Assembly (NCBI GenBank): GCA_964016885.1
Contig: OZ024743.1
Coordinates: 354,826,001 to 354,890,000 of the forward strand
Reading direction: 5' to 3'
Source: Eledone cirrhosa
Lineage: Eukaryota
DNA: 64,000 nucleotides
This document shows positions 47,417-59,982 of the stretch, one piece after another. A program made the position numbers and the translations under genes. The notes below the pieces were generated by a model that saw only the letters and a list, made by a program, of their open reading frames with translations, was not told the DNA's origin and did not search any database. The stretch's first letter is position 1, and each line of letters opens with the position of its first letter.

Positions 47417-49543
47417 TTACCGTACTTTTGGTAGAGGAGGGATGGTTTTTACATCCCTTTTCACTTGATCGTCTGGTGAAGGGACCGTTGAATCGTCCCT
47501 TCGGCTGGTCGTCGGCTCTTCTAAGAGAATGTCTGAGTATACTCTTCGATTGATGGTTCCTCCTAGGTCCCTGAAATCACCAACTGCGTTGGGGAATTTC
47601 GTTTTAATGTTTGTGTATTGTTTCTGTGCTATTTTTAGCAGTCTTATGTTAGTTGGCGTTTTGATTGGTGCTGGTATTATGTAGTCCTGTTGTGAAATGT
47701 CTGTGTGTTCAATTATGTAAGTCATTAGTTTCTTGTTGTGTGTATTTATTGCCGTGCATTTGTTTTTCTGGGGGTGGGGTGTGGTTCTGCTATTTTCTTG
47801 TCGTTGTTGCTGGGTGTGTGTGTTTTGTTGTTGTGTTTGCGATGTTGGTGCTTGTGGTGGTGGTGTTGAAGGTGTTGTTGGCGGTGGGGTTGTCGCCGGT
47901 GGTGATGGTGGTGCTGGTGTGGGTGGTGATGGTGTTGGTGGTGTTGCTGCTGTGGGTCTCTTTGCAGTAGACTTTACCCTTTTCTCATTTCTTTCCTCCC
48001 TTTTCAAAGGCGACGATGCGCTGCTTCTGCGTTTGTGCCTTCTTGCGACCTTTTGCCATCCCTCTCCCACCTCACACTCCATGTCTGATTCTGTAAGGTC
48101 GGGGAGGGGTACCAGCTCCACTCTTTCACTTGTTGTTGTTGGTGATGTTTGCACTGGAGTCTCTGTTGCAGCTGCATTTGGTATTGCTGTTGTTGTTGTT
48201 AATATTTCCACTGCTGCTGCTGTCTTTGATTTCCGTGGAGTGGGTATGGGTGCCACGGACCTATCGTTCCTGGTTGCCGCTTGTCCTGTTGCTGGTAGCC
48301 GTGGAGCCGGATTCGGAAGGAGGGGGGTTTTCTCCTTTCTCAGGGTCTTCTCGTTGCAGAAGGCCCTGAGGTGAGTCTTCGATCCACAGCGAAAGCATTT
48401 CGGGCGTTTGCCCTCAACACTTATGGGCAGTTGAGTGCCGTTATCGAAGTCTATCACATCCGGGATAGCTTCGATGCACTCCTGGTTGGTTTGGATTAGC
48501 ATCTCAATGGAGGAGCCGACCCAATCTTCTCTTACTTTTTTCTGTACTTGCAGTACAGTTGTTTTGTCCTCGATTCCGACGAGGACAGACGCGGCCAGCC
48601 AAGAAGGGGTCATTCCGGGGGGGACGAGGGTCAGTTTGACCCTCACAATTTTTTGCCCGCAGTAGGAGGGCACCAACACCATTTCCTCGCTCCTTAGGGT
48701 CACTACTGATTGGGCCTTTGCCTCCTGGGGTGTGGCAAAAAGTACGTCTACGGTGGCGTATTTTTTGCCTCGGGTGATGTGCGTTTTCCTCTGCCACACA
48801 GACCCCAAGGCTTTTTGTATTTGGGCCTCTGTGGCTCTTTCCACCCTACGGGATTTTGTACTTACTGTACGGTACGTGACCGTACAGTGCTCTTGGGTTT
48901 CGAAAAAATTTTTCGCTGCCATGCAGATTGCTCGGTGTCCGTTCTTTGTCACCATCTTCTTCGCTTCCTCTAATTCCTCATTTGTTATGAGGATTGTTTC
49001 CAAGTTTTTCGCAATACCTGCAAATGAGATTGGTTTTTCTCTGCTGTTGTTGTTGTCGTCAGAGCTGCTGGTACTTTTGTTGCTGCAGGTACTACGACTA
49101 CTGCCTCCGCCGCTGTTGCTGTGGTTGTTGTTGGTGTTGCTGCTGCTAATGCTGTTGTTGTTTATGCTGCTGGTGATGCTGTTGCGGCTGCTACTGTTGT
49201 TTTCATTGTCACTGTTGCTGTTGTTATTACGGCTGCTACTGCTATTATTCCTGACGTCAGACGAATGAACTGGGTTTTCGTATTTCCCGCACACCTGTTT
49301 CGTCGCTGTCGTCGTCGTCGTGGAGAAACCTTGCACGCTTTGCACGAGACTTTTCTTTTCTTTCGTCGCTTGCGAAAGAGAAGGGAGGGAGAGAGACACA
49401 TTTAAAGAAGGGAGGGAGAGAGACAATCTTCTCTCTGCTGTAGTGATGATTGAGGAAGAAGAAGACGGAATGAGTGGGAGTGACGTATGAAATTTCTTTT
49501 TGGTAGCCATGTTTTTTTGTTTAAAATGAAATTTTGGGTACAA
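47417..49543 (-). CDS. Copy C ORF1
   Basis: Appears identical in protein sequence to copy B ORF1. Confidence 0.9.
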   Translation of the reverse strand: MYPKFHFKQKNMATKKKFHTSLPLIPSSSSSIITTAERRLSLSLPSLNVSLSLPSLSQATKEKKSLVQSVQGFSTTTTTATKQVCGKYENPVHSSDVRNNSSSSRNNNSNSDNENNSSSRNSITSSINNNSISSSNTNNNHSNSGGGSSRSTCSNKSTSSSDDNNNSREKPISFAGIAKNLETILITNEELEEAKKMVTKNGHRAICMAAKNFFETQEHCTVTYRTVSTKSRRVERATEAQIQKALGSVWQRKTHITRGKKYATVDVLFATPQEAKAQSVVTLRSEEMVLVPSYCGQKIVRVKLTLVPPGMTPSWLAASVLVGIEDKTTVLQVQKKVREDWVGSSIEMLIQTNQECIEAIPDVIDFDNGTQLPISVEGKRPKCFRCGSKTHLRAFCNEKTLRKEKTPLLPNPAPRLPATGQAATRNDRSVAPIPTPRKSKTAAAVEILTTTTAIPNAAATETPVQTSPTTTSERVELVPLPDLTESDMECEVGEGWQKVARRHKRRSSASSPLKREERNEKRVKSTAKRPTAATPPTPSPPTPAPPSPPATTPPPTTPSTPPPQAPTSQTQQQNTHTQQQRQENSRTTPHPQKNKCTAINTHNKKLMTYIIEHTDISQQDYIIPAPIKTPTNIRLLKIAQKQYTNIKTKFPNAVGDFRDLGGTINRRVYSDILLEEPTTSRRDDSTVPSPDDQVKRDVKTIPPLPKVR

Positions 49544-49723
49544 AACCCCAATAACTGGTTATTTAACCCCGAAGAGCCACATAACGGACAGAAAGACCCC
49601 TCTCACGAGGAGGAGGGTGTCTTTATCAACAATTTGGTTCAAGTTTTAAACAATTTACAATTGTTTTAACGGTTAAAAATTACTATACCTTACAGAGCCG
49701 AGCCTCCGTCAACCATGGCATTC

Positions 49724-49795
<72 letters not shown>
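49724..49795. repeat. (AAT)24 spacer/target tract
   Basis: Lies between the Tx1 copy C 5' end and a Dong-like fragment. Confidence 0.97.
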
Positions 49796-49796
<1 letters not shown>

Positions 49797-50197
49797 TAAG
49801 AAACTGGAACACAATGGACCTGTGGACAAAGAAAAAAGATCGTGTCTGATTGTGGATGTGGCCTGCCCATTCGACACGAGAGTGCAAGAGAAGGAGAGGG
49901 AGAAAATTAACCGAAACCAGGACTTAAAGTGGGAGGTAAAAAGGATTTGGAACTGCCATGAAGTCAAAGTGATCCCGATTGTCATAGGCGCACTGGGGAC
50001 TATCTCCAAAAGTTTCCAGGGATGGTTAAAGAAAATCGGCCCCTTCACGCTTTTTGGAACGCTTCAAAAGGCATGCTTGCTGGGAACAGCAAGAACCCTC
50101 CGATACGTCCTGAATATCTGAGGCTGCTGGTAGTGGCTTGATATTCATTCCAACGGACTTTCCGGTTAACTAACATCAATGACTGAGAGTCAAGGAG
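49796..50197 (+). mobile_element. Dong/R4-like element family A, severely 5'-truncated
   Basis: Near-identical to 59574-59982 ([32 protein letters not shown]); followed by a (TAA)n tail. Confidence 0.92.
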
Positions 50198-50234
50198 TAA
50201 TAACAACAATAATAATAATAATAATAATAATAAT

Positions 50235-51792
50235 AACGTTCACCAGAGGAAAGCTGCTGAAGAGTTCAGACATTAATCTTGATCGGGGGAACGTGATAAG
50301 AGAACTTGATCAAGAAAAAACTTACAAATATCTAGGTGTTTGTGAAGGAGACGGAATCAAGCACTCGACAATGAGGGAAAGGATAAGGAAGGAATGTTAC
50401 CGCAGAGTAAGAGCAATCTTAAGAACGGAATTAAATGCAAGGAATAGGATCGGTGCCATAAACACGCTTGCCATACCAGTAGTAACCTACAGTTACAATG
50501 TCATCAACTGGTCAAGCACAGAGATCCGTAGGCTCGATACAAAAATTCGAAAATTCTTAACCATGCCCAGAATGCATCACCCTAAGGCAGATATAGATAG
50601 AATATATCTCCCTAGGAAAGAAGGAGGACGTGGGTTAGTCCAGTTAGACATTGCGTTGAAAACTGCAACAATTGGATTATCTACATATCTAAGGGAATCA
50701 CATGATTGGATGATCAAACTTGTTTTGAAACACGAAAGCATCAAAAGATCATATTCCATTACAAAAGATGCACAAAGATACAGTAATGGACTACAAATTT
50801 CAGAAGTCCCATTTACTGCTGAAATGGAAAACACAGAAAAAGCAAAGCAGGTAAAAGTAACTGCAAAGAAAGAACTGCTACAGAAACTGGCTAAGAAATG
50901 ACAAGAAAAGCCTCTGTATGGAAAATACCCAGAACGAGCTAACACTCCTGATGTTGACAAAACTTTAACCCATCAGTGGACTGAAATCGGAGACTGAGGG
51001 ACTGATTATATCAGCACAAGATCAGTGACTGCCAACAAAAAATTACCAAGCCAACATAATAAAAAATGGATGCAGCCCATTATGCCGTGTGTGCAAAAAA
51101 CAACCAGAGACCATTGACCATATAATTTCAATGTGCAGTCCTATAGCTCCAACCGAATACCTAAACAGGCATGACAGAGCTGCACAATACATACATTGGA
51201 TAATGTGTAAGCATTTTGACCTGCCCCATCAAAAGAATTGGTGGGAGCATCAACCACCTCCCATACTTGAAAAAGATCACATCTCAATCTTGTGGAACTT
51301 TAGCATCCAAACAGACTGAAAAATAGATGCAAATAGACCTGATATAATATTGAAGGACTTTAAAAAGAGTGTATGCCTGCTAATTGATATGTCCGTTCCA
51401 ATAGACAAGAATGTATCTATAAAAACATTTGAAAAATTGAGCTAGTATAAGGACCTGGAGATAGAAATTGGAAAAATATGGAAATTGAGAACTAAAACAA
51501 TACCAGTGGTTGTGGGCGCTCTGGGAATGATACCGAAGGGGTCTAATGATTACTTATCGCAAATCCCAGGAAACCCGCGTATAGGAGAAATACAAAAGAT
51601 AGTACTAATGGGAACTGCCCATATACTAAGGAAGATTCTGTCAATATAAGTACATCACAAGTCTAAACACTAAGGATGCATGTGTGAGTATGTCTGTTCT
51701 TTCATGAACATGGCGGACCTTGTTGTCTCTTGAGGTCACTGGTTGTGACTTGGTGATAACTCGTATGAACATAAAGCAAGATAAATGCAACT

Positions 51793-51793
<1 letters not shown>
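50235..51793 (+). mobile_element. Dong/R4-like element family B, 5'-truncated and decayed
   Basis: YKYLG, RIYLPRKEGGRGL, CRVC..ETIDHIISMC, RHD, RPDII...DMSVP..K. Contains several stops, matches 63397-64000, and is flanked by (TAA)n on both sides. Confidence 0.92.

Positions 51794-51839
<46 letters not shown>
51794..51839. repeat. (AAT)n tract joining Dong B and Tx1 subfamily 3 tail-to-tail
   Basis: Seen directly in the sequence. Confidence 0.97.
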
Positions 51840-51841
<2 letters not shown>

Positions 51842-54800
51842 TTTCAGGCCACAAGGGACGACATATAGGGAACAATACAAAAGACTAGGACAGTGAGGTT
51901 TTACAGAAAAATCGAGTAATCAATATGAATAACAATAACAAAGTAACAAGAAAAATACAAGAAAAATTCCCCAATAGAGGGGATGACCACCCAGGGTTCG
52001 CTCAGGTACTCCACCAATCCAGAACGACCCGACGCTTCGGGAGCACCCTGGAAGGGCACCCCTCTCCTCCTCAAATTTACCCACCTACAGACGCATGAAC
52101 AGAGTAGGCCCACTGACACGGGGGGACATCCTCGCCACACTCACCCACCTTTCAGCAAATGTACTGGGGGAGGGGGCAGCACATCTCTCTCCACCCTTAC
52201 CTTCCTTTCCAAGTGAAACTTGAAAAAGTTGATGAGGGATTGGCCGAAGAGAAAAGTGTCTGTCTTCAGTCCTTTCAACCTCGTCCACCATACAACCTCT
52301 TTCGCTACTGCCACCGGACAGAGGAAAATTGCCTGCCCTTCCTGGCCAAAGGAAGGCGGTGCGTCGATCTTCACTATGGACTCGGCCGATAGCCGGATCC
52401 GTTCTACACGCGACAACAGCTGTTCGACATAATTCCACAAGTCAGTAATACACGGACATTGGGCGAGTGCGTGCAGAACAGTTTCGTCGCTCTGCGCGCA
52501 TCTTGGGCAGGTCCGTCTGACAGCACTTCGGTTCCTGTAGAGTTTATCTCGAACCGGCAGTGCCCCACGGTAGCACTGCCAAGCGAGGGATTTTTGAAAA
52601 TTATCCATCGTCCCCGGCTCGAAAGTCTTCCGGAACAGACTGGTTAGTTCGACTTCGCCGTCTCCCAAAGCTTCTCCGAGTGCGTCATCGCTCTTGCCCA
52701 CCACTAATCCTCTATAGAACTCGAGAGTAGAAGTTCCCCTGACCGCATTGCCCGCCTGGTAGAGGGCAGTGAGTGCCTGGCAACATTCCAGACGCCAGTC
52801 ACCCAGTTTCGGTCTCTTCTTGACCCAGCACTGCAGCTAAGTCAAAAAGACGAGCTGCGGAAAGGCCAGTCTGACAAACGGCGACCACACCTGTTCACCG
52901 TTTAGGCAGAATATCTGGAGATGCCGCAGCCTCAGCGCTTGTCTGCGCATCATTATCCACGGCATGCCCAGCCCTCCACGTAGAGGGTACTGGCAGCAGA
53001 TGGACCGGCTGACCAGCGGAACCTGACCCCTCCACAAGGATTTGAAGAGGAGCCTCTCCAAGATGGTGAGGCGCGAATGGGAGCAAGGGACAATAGTCAG
53101 GCGGTAGTAGATGACGGACGCGATGTACGCATTCGCCACCTCCGCCCGACCTTTCAGTTATAGCTTCCTCCCAGCCCATTTCTGGGTGAGACTGCCTGCC
53201 CTGCCCGTCACCTCGTCCCAATTCTTATTCACCTTGAGGTCTGGCCCGAACCAAACCCCGAGCAATTTTACCGCTCCGTCCGTCCAGCGCCTAACAACGC
53301 TGTTGGACGGCATGAAGTTGCCTCTCCAGGTGCCGAGTTGCAAGCCCACCGACATTTCCGGGTTAAGATTTGCTCGCGTCAACCTTTCATATTCCTCAAA
53401 TAAGTTGTCGACCACCTCTATTTCTGAGGTGTCCGACACCATCACGGTGATGTCGTCCGCATAAGCCGACACAGCCTTTCCGCGTCCCGGTTCGAGCGGT
53501 ATACCCTGCAACAGCTACAGCTTCCGCAGTAAAGGCTCGAGACTCAATACGCACAGAATGACGGACCGATCAGGAGACCTGAAACGGTTCCGAGAGGTGG
53601 CCATTAATTTTGACCACCAAGCAGGTCACGCTGTGCATTGCAGCGATCCAACCTTGAGGATAGCCTCCAGGTACCGATGGTCGAGCCTATCGAATGCTTT
53701 CGATTGATCTAAATTGATCAGATTCCCACCGAAGCCAGGTTTACACCTTACCCTCTCTATAATGTATCGCATTAGGTGGAGGTTGTCGTGTATGGACCTG
53801 GTTGGGATTGCGCAAGTTTGCGCCTCCCCAAACAAATCCCCGACGACAAGCGCCAACCTCTTCGCTAACACCCTGACCAAAATCTTAAACTCTGTGTTGA
53901 GAAGAGTTATGGGTCTGAAATTGTCTAATGTGTCCCTCTTGCTCTCGTCTTTCCTTATCAACGTCACTATGTCACGGCTCACAGAACTGGGAATTCCCCC
54001 ATTCTGCTGCCATTTGCAGTAGAGAGCTTCAAGGAGATTGGCATATTTACGTAAAGCTCGTAGGCAGACCATCCAAACCGGGTAACTTGCGCCTCATGTA
54101 GCCGACAAGGGCATCCTGAATCTCGGCTGAAGTAATCGGACTTTCGCAGCGCCCAGCGTCGGCCGTCGAGAGTTGCAAGCCATCGAGGTAGGGACTGAAG
54201 TCCGCCACCGTCTCTGACCCGCCACTTCCCCCGAACAACCGAGCAAAATGTTGGCGAAAGGCCTCACACATTCGCTCGGAATTGCTCAGCTCGTGTCCGT
54301 CTCGGTCCGTCAAAGACCGAATCATGGTTTTATTACCACGCTGCGCATCTGCCACGCGGGCCCATCGAACAGCTTTGGTTCCCTCGTTTCTCAGAACACG
54401 TGCCTTAGCTCTGACAATGCAACCTTCGTGTTTCGCATTGAAGAAATGGTCTAATGCCATTCTCGCCGCTAGCAGCTTAGTTGCAATGCCACTACCAATA
54501 GCCTCGTCTAACTTATCTACCAACTCCCCGTCCTTTCTATTTTTCTCTAACGCTAATTCTTGGCTAAACTCTATCGACATTACTCTAATCCCTCTTTTGA
54601 GAGCCCCCCACCATCCATTGTTGACGACTCCCCTCTCAACTTTTTTGTTAACAAAATTGTTGACCTGGTCCCTGTAAGCCTTACGTGCCGGAAATGGCAT
54701 GTTTAGCTTCCAGTAACCAGATCCTAACCTACGCATCTTATCTAGGTCGACCATACAGATCACAAACTTGTGATCTGAATAGACGACCGTTTTAAAACGT

Positions 54801-57377
54801 GGACAGCTTACACTATTTCTGTCTATTTTCCTAATGAATATCCTGTCTATATACGATCTAGATGACCCTATGCGGTTTGTCCAGGTCAACACTGGCGCAT
54901 TAGGGAAATCTAGTCGGTACTTGTCAGACAGTTGGAACTGGCTGATCAGGGTCTTGAGTCTTTTGCCCCCCCCCCCCCCCCACACACACTTCTATCCGAT
55001 ACTCCCACACAGTCCCAGCCTGCGTCTAAGATGCCGTTCCAGTCCCCCACTAACAGTAAAGAGCGAGACGTACACAGAAATGCTTCCAGGCGTCTAAAGG
55101 AGTCCGGCGTCCTGCCCATGTAGGGGCATAGACGACCACCAGTCTAAAGGCACCACCTTCGTTATTGTTCAGGTCCAGGACCACCAATTTCCCATCCGGG
55201 TCCCGGACGATCGACCTTACCTCGAGATCCAGGCCTTTTCTAAACAGCACTGCCACCCCGCCTCCCATTTCCGGCCGACTAACAGATGCAAAGATCTGAT
55301 AGTCGTCGAAAATGGAGGGTAGTGCGCGAGTGTCGGAAATCCTGGTCTCACTGACGCAATTACATCCATTTCTAGAGACCTGAGGTCGTTGAGCAGGTGA
55401 TCCTGCTTCCAGGACGATCCCAGGCCTCGAACATTTAAACTCCCTACTCTTAATACGGCCATGTTCGCAGGTTAAAAGAGAGAGAGAGGAAAGGTTTACT
55501 TACCTTCCGGGCTCTTGTGAAGGTCGGGTGGTTCGACCTCCATAGTTGGTGGGGTTTCTTTTGGGAACTCCTTTAAAAGTCTTGAAGTGGGTTTTACGTT
55601 CGGGATTCCCACGTCCCGAGGAAAACTGTCTCGGATCTCTTTGTATAAATCGAGCGACTTCGCACCAGAAACAAAATTTCCAGCATGCGAAATGTGCTCG
55701 ATTAAAACATTTCCCCCTCTTGTATATATTTACTTCGTGCTAGGAGGGCCATCAGTTCTTTGTTGGCCCTCCTGACGATGTGCACGGAGTTTTGTATGTT
55801 TTGTTGGTGTAATTTTATTTCTTTGTGTGGCTGTGGTGGTGATGGCTTTGATGGTGTTGTTTCGGTTGTGGCTGTGTTTGTTGTGAGTTTGGTGTCTGTG
55901 GTTTCAGATGTTTGTGTGTGTATTTGTTCTTGCGTCTGTTTAGGTTGTTTGCGTTTGGGGGGATTCTGGTGAAGGTGATGGTGGTGTTGATGTTGGTGTT
56001 ATTGGGGAGATGTTTGCGTGGGTGGTGTCTGAATTTTTTATAGTGGATAATTTTGTGGTTTGTTGATTTTTTTTTTCTTTTTGTGTTTTCTTTTTTGTAT
56101 TTTGGGGGATTTTGGTTTTCCCTCATCTTCACTACTGGTAGATGCGGGGGTCTGTGTCTGTAAGGGTGTCTGTGTGTGTGTTTATGTTTTTATTGGTGTG
56201 TGTATTTTTGGAGGGAGGGGGGGGGATTTGACAACTTTCCTCGTTTCCCCCCTCGGTGGTCAATGTTGGTGGTGGGCCTGATCCGGAGAAGTATCTCCAG
56301 GTCAACCCCGGACCAGTCCTCTCTGGCAGTTCTTGTCACTTCTATCGGGACGATATCCGTCCCCTCCACAATCACACATCCCAGAAGCCACCACATGTCA
56401 AGTCCTGAAGGGATTCTGGGAATGCGGAAACGAGCCGTTCTTTTTCCCATGTGGGAGGGGTACATTATCACCTTGCTGGTTTTGCAAGGAGTCATAGCGT
56501 GTTTCATAGCGAGGGCTTCTGACTTGAACATCACCGAAATGGTGCCGTACTGTCTGCCCCTCGCTATGTATTCGGTGCCATCTCTGATGCACCTCTGCGC
56601 GACTTAAACATCTGCTTGTGGAATTAAAGCTACCCTTTTGGTTTGTGCAGAGATGCATCTATAATGCACCGTTCTGCGCTCTACTGCCTCAATAGCTTCT
56701 ACCGGGACAGTTAAGTTGGCCCAGGTTTGCTCTTGCTTCATGAGCTTCCATGCCTGGGCCAACTTTTCATCTTTGTTTGAGAGGTCCACGTTGAAGCTTG
56801 GCCTATTTTTGGCTGCTGCGCAGCGAAAGTGTTCTGCTTGTTGTCGTTGGGGTGTTGTTGTCGGTGTTGTTTTTATCACTGTCACTGTTATCATTGTTGT
56901 CTTTGGTGCCGCCGTTGTTCTCGGTGCAGTTGGTATTGTCGCTATTTGTTTTCATGTCATTTTTTTTATTATCTGTATTTTGGTTGTCGCTGTTACTGTC
57001 ATTTTTTTCAAAATTAGAGTTCTCAGTCTTGCTATCATTGCTGTCTTTGTTCACGTTGTTTGTGGTGGTGTTTGTTGTATCAATCTCTGTTAATTTCGCC
57101 GTAGCGCTCCTCTCAACTGCTATGTCGTTGTCGCACGACAGCAGACATATCGCTGGGGGCGTGGCTCAGCCATGTTTATTTTTTTTTTTCGATAATTTTT
57201 TTAAAATGTAAAAGAGTTCAAATATTTGGGCCAAAAGGCCCACATATCATTCTTTCCCCTTCACAGGGCAAAGTCCAAGGGCTGGTATGCCTTACACAAC
57301 AAAAAATTAATAAATAAGTTTTGACAGGTAAATAAATAAACTTACGGGAGCGAGCTGAAAGACGTCCGTTCAGACTC
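51840..57377 (-). mobile_element. Tx1-like LINE subfamily 3; full-length ends, decayed ORFs
   Basis: ORF2 fragments MAVLRVGSLNVRGL (55462), YSDHKF, GSGYWKLN, NFRPITLL, DQSKAFD, YADD, CPRCAQ. ORF1 fragments at ~55500-57170; many frameshifts. Confidence 0.93.

Positions 57378-57443
<66 letters not shown>
57378..57443. repeat. (AAT)22 tract joining Tx1 subfamily 3 and Dong A head-to-head
   Basis: Seen directly in the sequence. Confidence 0.97.
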
Positions 57444-57446
<3 letters not shown>

Positions 57447-59982
57447 GAACTGAAGCAACGCATTGTAGCAAAGAGTGCAAAAATCAGGCGATACGAGAAC
57501 AGAGTCAGTCAGTATAAACAGAACCGCATGTTCGACAACAACCAGAAGATGCTGTTTGGACAGCTTGAGGGGAAAGAAAGAGGCAACGACTTGATCCCTG
57601 GGGCGGAGCAAACTAAAACATTCTGGAGAGGAATATGGGAGCAGGATGTTAGACATAATGTCCAGGCAGGGTGGATTGAGACAGTACAGAGGGAGATCGG
57701 TGAGCAGGCACAACAACAAACTGATTTGAGTATCACAGTTGAAACTCTTAAGGGGCAGGCCAAAAAACTAACCAACTGGAAATCACCAGGCCCAGATGGT
57801 GTGCAGGGGTATTGGATTAAACATTTAACATCCCTCCACCCGAAGCTGACGGCCATGTTCAATGACTGCTTGGTGTCGGGTGAGGTGCCAGAGTGGTTGA
57901 CAAAAGGTACCACAGTTCTGATAATGAAAGACCGAATCAAGGGTAATGATGTTACCAACTATAGACCTGTCTGTCCGTAATGTGGAAACTGTTGACGAGC
58001 ATTGTGTCTGAGGAAATCTACCATCACCTCCACACAAACAACTTGTTACCGGACGAACAGAAAGGATGCCGAAAGAAGTCACGTGGTACAAAGGACCAGT
58101 TACTTATTGATAAGATGGTAATGGGGAATTGCAGGAGGAGACACACTGATCTTGCCATGGGATGGATAGACTACAGAAAGGCATTTGACATGGTGCCTCA
58201 TTGTTGGATCACCAAAAGCCTGGAGATCTTCAGGGTGGCAGATAACATCAGACAGTTGCTAGGCAGGAGTATGGGGTCCTGGGAGACAGAGTTGACATCA
58301 ACTGGAGTATCCTTGGGAAGCGTGAAGATCAAGAGAGGTATCTTCCAGGGAGATAGCCTGTCCCCTCTGTTGTTTGTCCTTGCCCTGATGCCCTTGACCA
58401 TTATGCTGCGAAAAGTGAGAGCAGGATACAAGTTGGGAAGGGGAGAGCTTACCATCAATCACCTCCTCTTCGTGGACGATCTTAAGCTCTTCGGGAAAAG
58501 TGAGAAGGAGTTGGATGTGCTTGTTGACACTGTCCGTATTTTCAGCAGTGATATATGTATGCAGTTTGGTATTGGTAAATGTGGAGTCATTGTGATGAGG
58601 AGGGGTAGGTTGAGCAGAAGTAACGGTATCCAGATACCAACAGGTGAGATGATAAAGGAAATTGACTCTAAGGAAGGATACAAGTATTTGGGCGTTCTGG
58701 AGGCTGATGGCATAAAGAACAAAAAAATGAAGGAATTGTTAAGAACTGAATACATTCGGAGAGTAAGGAGCGTATTGAAGTCACATCTGAACAGCAGAAA
58801 TGCCATAAGCGCAGTAAATTCCCGAGCTGTGTCTATTATTAGGTACAGTGCGGGAATTCTGAGATGGAATGTTGCTGAACAAAAAGAAATGGATAGGAAG
58901 ACTAGGAAGCTATTGACTATCTACAACATGTTCCACAAGAGGAGTGATGTCGATAGACTCTACCTAAGGAGATCTGAGGGTGGAAGAGGTCTTATCAGCA
59001 TAGAGGACTGTGTTCAGATGGAGAAAAAGAACCTATACAAATACGTGACCTATAGTAAGGAGCCAATGCTCAGAACTGTACTGAAGGAGGGGACAGTAGG
59101 CCAGTGGATGTCCAAGGAGGAAATAACATCAAGGAGGAAGAGCAGCCTTAAGGGAAAATCCCTTCATAGTACCTTCTTTGAGAAAACTGAATTTAGAGAT
59201 CCACAGACATGGAACTGGTTGAGAAGAGGAGACCTCAAAAAGGCTACAGAAGGAATGCTAATGGCTGCACAGGAGCAGGCCCTCAAAACGAAGTGGTTGA
59301 AGCACCATATTTACAAGGAGGAGGCTAGCCCACTGTGCAGGATCTGTGGACAGAGAGAGGAGACTGTGGCTCACATTGTGTCCGAGTGTAAACACCTAGC
59401 CCAGACCCACTATAAGGGCTGGAGACACGATGTGATGGGCAGGGTGATCCACTGGCACCTGTGCAAAGTAAACAATTTACCACATTCTGAGAAATGGTAT
59501 GAGCATAGGCCAGAGGCGGTGATGGAGAACAATCAGCTGAAGGTGCTGTGGGATTTTAGGATACAGACGGACAAAAAACTGGAACACAATAGACCTGACC
59601 TGGTGGTTGTGGACAAAGAAAAAAGATCGTGTCTGATTGTGGATGTGGCCTGCCCGTTCGACACGAGAGTGCAAGAGAAGGAGAGGGAGAAAATTAACCG
59701 ATACCAGGACCTAAAGTGGGAGGTGAAAAGGATTTGGAACTGCCATGAAGTCAAAGTGATCCCGATTGTCATAGGCGCACTGGGGACTATCTCCAAAAGT
59801 TTCCAGGGATGGTTAAAGAAAATCGGCCCCTTCACGCTTTTTGGAATGCTTCAAAAGGCATGCTTGCTTGGAACAGCAAGAACCCTCCGATACGTCCTGA
59901 ATATCTGAGGCTGCAGGTAGTGGCTTGATATTCAATCCAACGGACTTTCCAGTTAACCAACATCAATGACTGAGATTCAAGG
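57444..59982 (+). mobile_element. Dong/R4-like RLE non-LTR retrotransposon family A, 5'-truncated
   Basis: WKSPGPDG, NYRP (frameshift ~57975), [60 protein letters not shown]; tail aataacaacaat(aat)n to 60014. Confidence 0.95.
57980..59908 (+). CDS. RT + CCHC + PD-(D/E)xK restriction-like endonuclease (partial ORF, 642 aa)
   Basis: Motifs as listed for the element. Confidence 0.88.
   Translation: MWKLLTSIVSEEIYHHLHTNNLLPDEQKGCRKKSRGTKDQLLIDKMVMGNCRRRHTDLAMGWIDYRKAFDMVPHCWITKSLEIFRVADNIRQLLGRSMGSWETELTSTGVSLGSVKIKRGIFQGDSLSPLLFVLALMPLTIMLRKVRAGYKLGRGELTINHLLFVDDLKLFGKSEKELDVLVDTVRIFSSDICMQFGIGKCGVIVMRRGRLSRSNGIQIPTGEMIKEIDSKEGYKYLGVLEADGIKNKKMKELLRTEYIRRVRSVLKSHLNSRNAISAVNSRAVSIIRYSAGILRWNVAEQKEMDRKTRKLLTIYNMFHKRSDVDRLYLRRSEGGRGLISIEDCVQMEKKNLYKYVTYSKEPMLRTVLKEGTVGQWMSKEEITSRRKSSLKGKSLHSTFFEKTEFRDPQTWNWLRRGDLKKATEGMLMAAQEQALKTKWLKHHIYKEEASPLCRICGQREETVAHIVSECKHLAQTHYKGWRHDVMGRVIHWHLCKVNNLPHSEKWYEHRPEAVMENNQLKVLWDFRIQTDKKLEHNRPDLVVVDKEKRSCLIVDVACPFDTRVQEKEREKINRYQDLKWEVKRIWNCHEVKVIPIVIGALGTISKSFQGWLKKIGPFTLFGMLQKACLLGTARTLRYVLNI

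Larger units (their letters stand above)
43700..49723 (-). mobile_element. Tx1-like LINE subfamily 1, copy C; full length (6,024 bp), both ORFs open
   Basis: Colinear with copy B at a 6,069-bp offset, with scattered substitutions. Confidence 0.97.

Noticed and set aside
33159-49268. Antisense ORFs of 100-220 aa repeated in each Tx1 copy
   Set aside because: Shadow frames of GC-rich or low-complexity coding sequence. They recur only because the copies are near-identical.
31891-49723. Three tandem copies as an assembly artefact or simple segmental duplication
   Set aside because: The copies differ by substitutions, indels and spacer length (11, 15, 24 units), and the unit boundaries match the element termini exactly. 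A B/C duplication by unequal crossover cannot be fully excluded, because their ORF1 proteins look identical.
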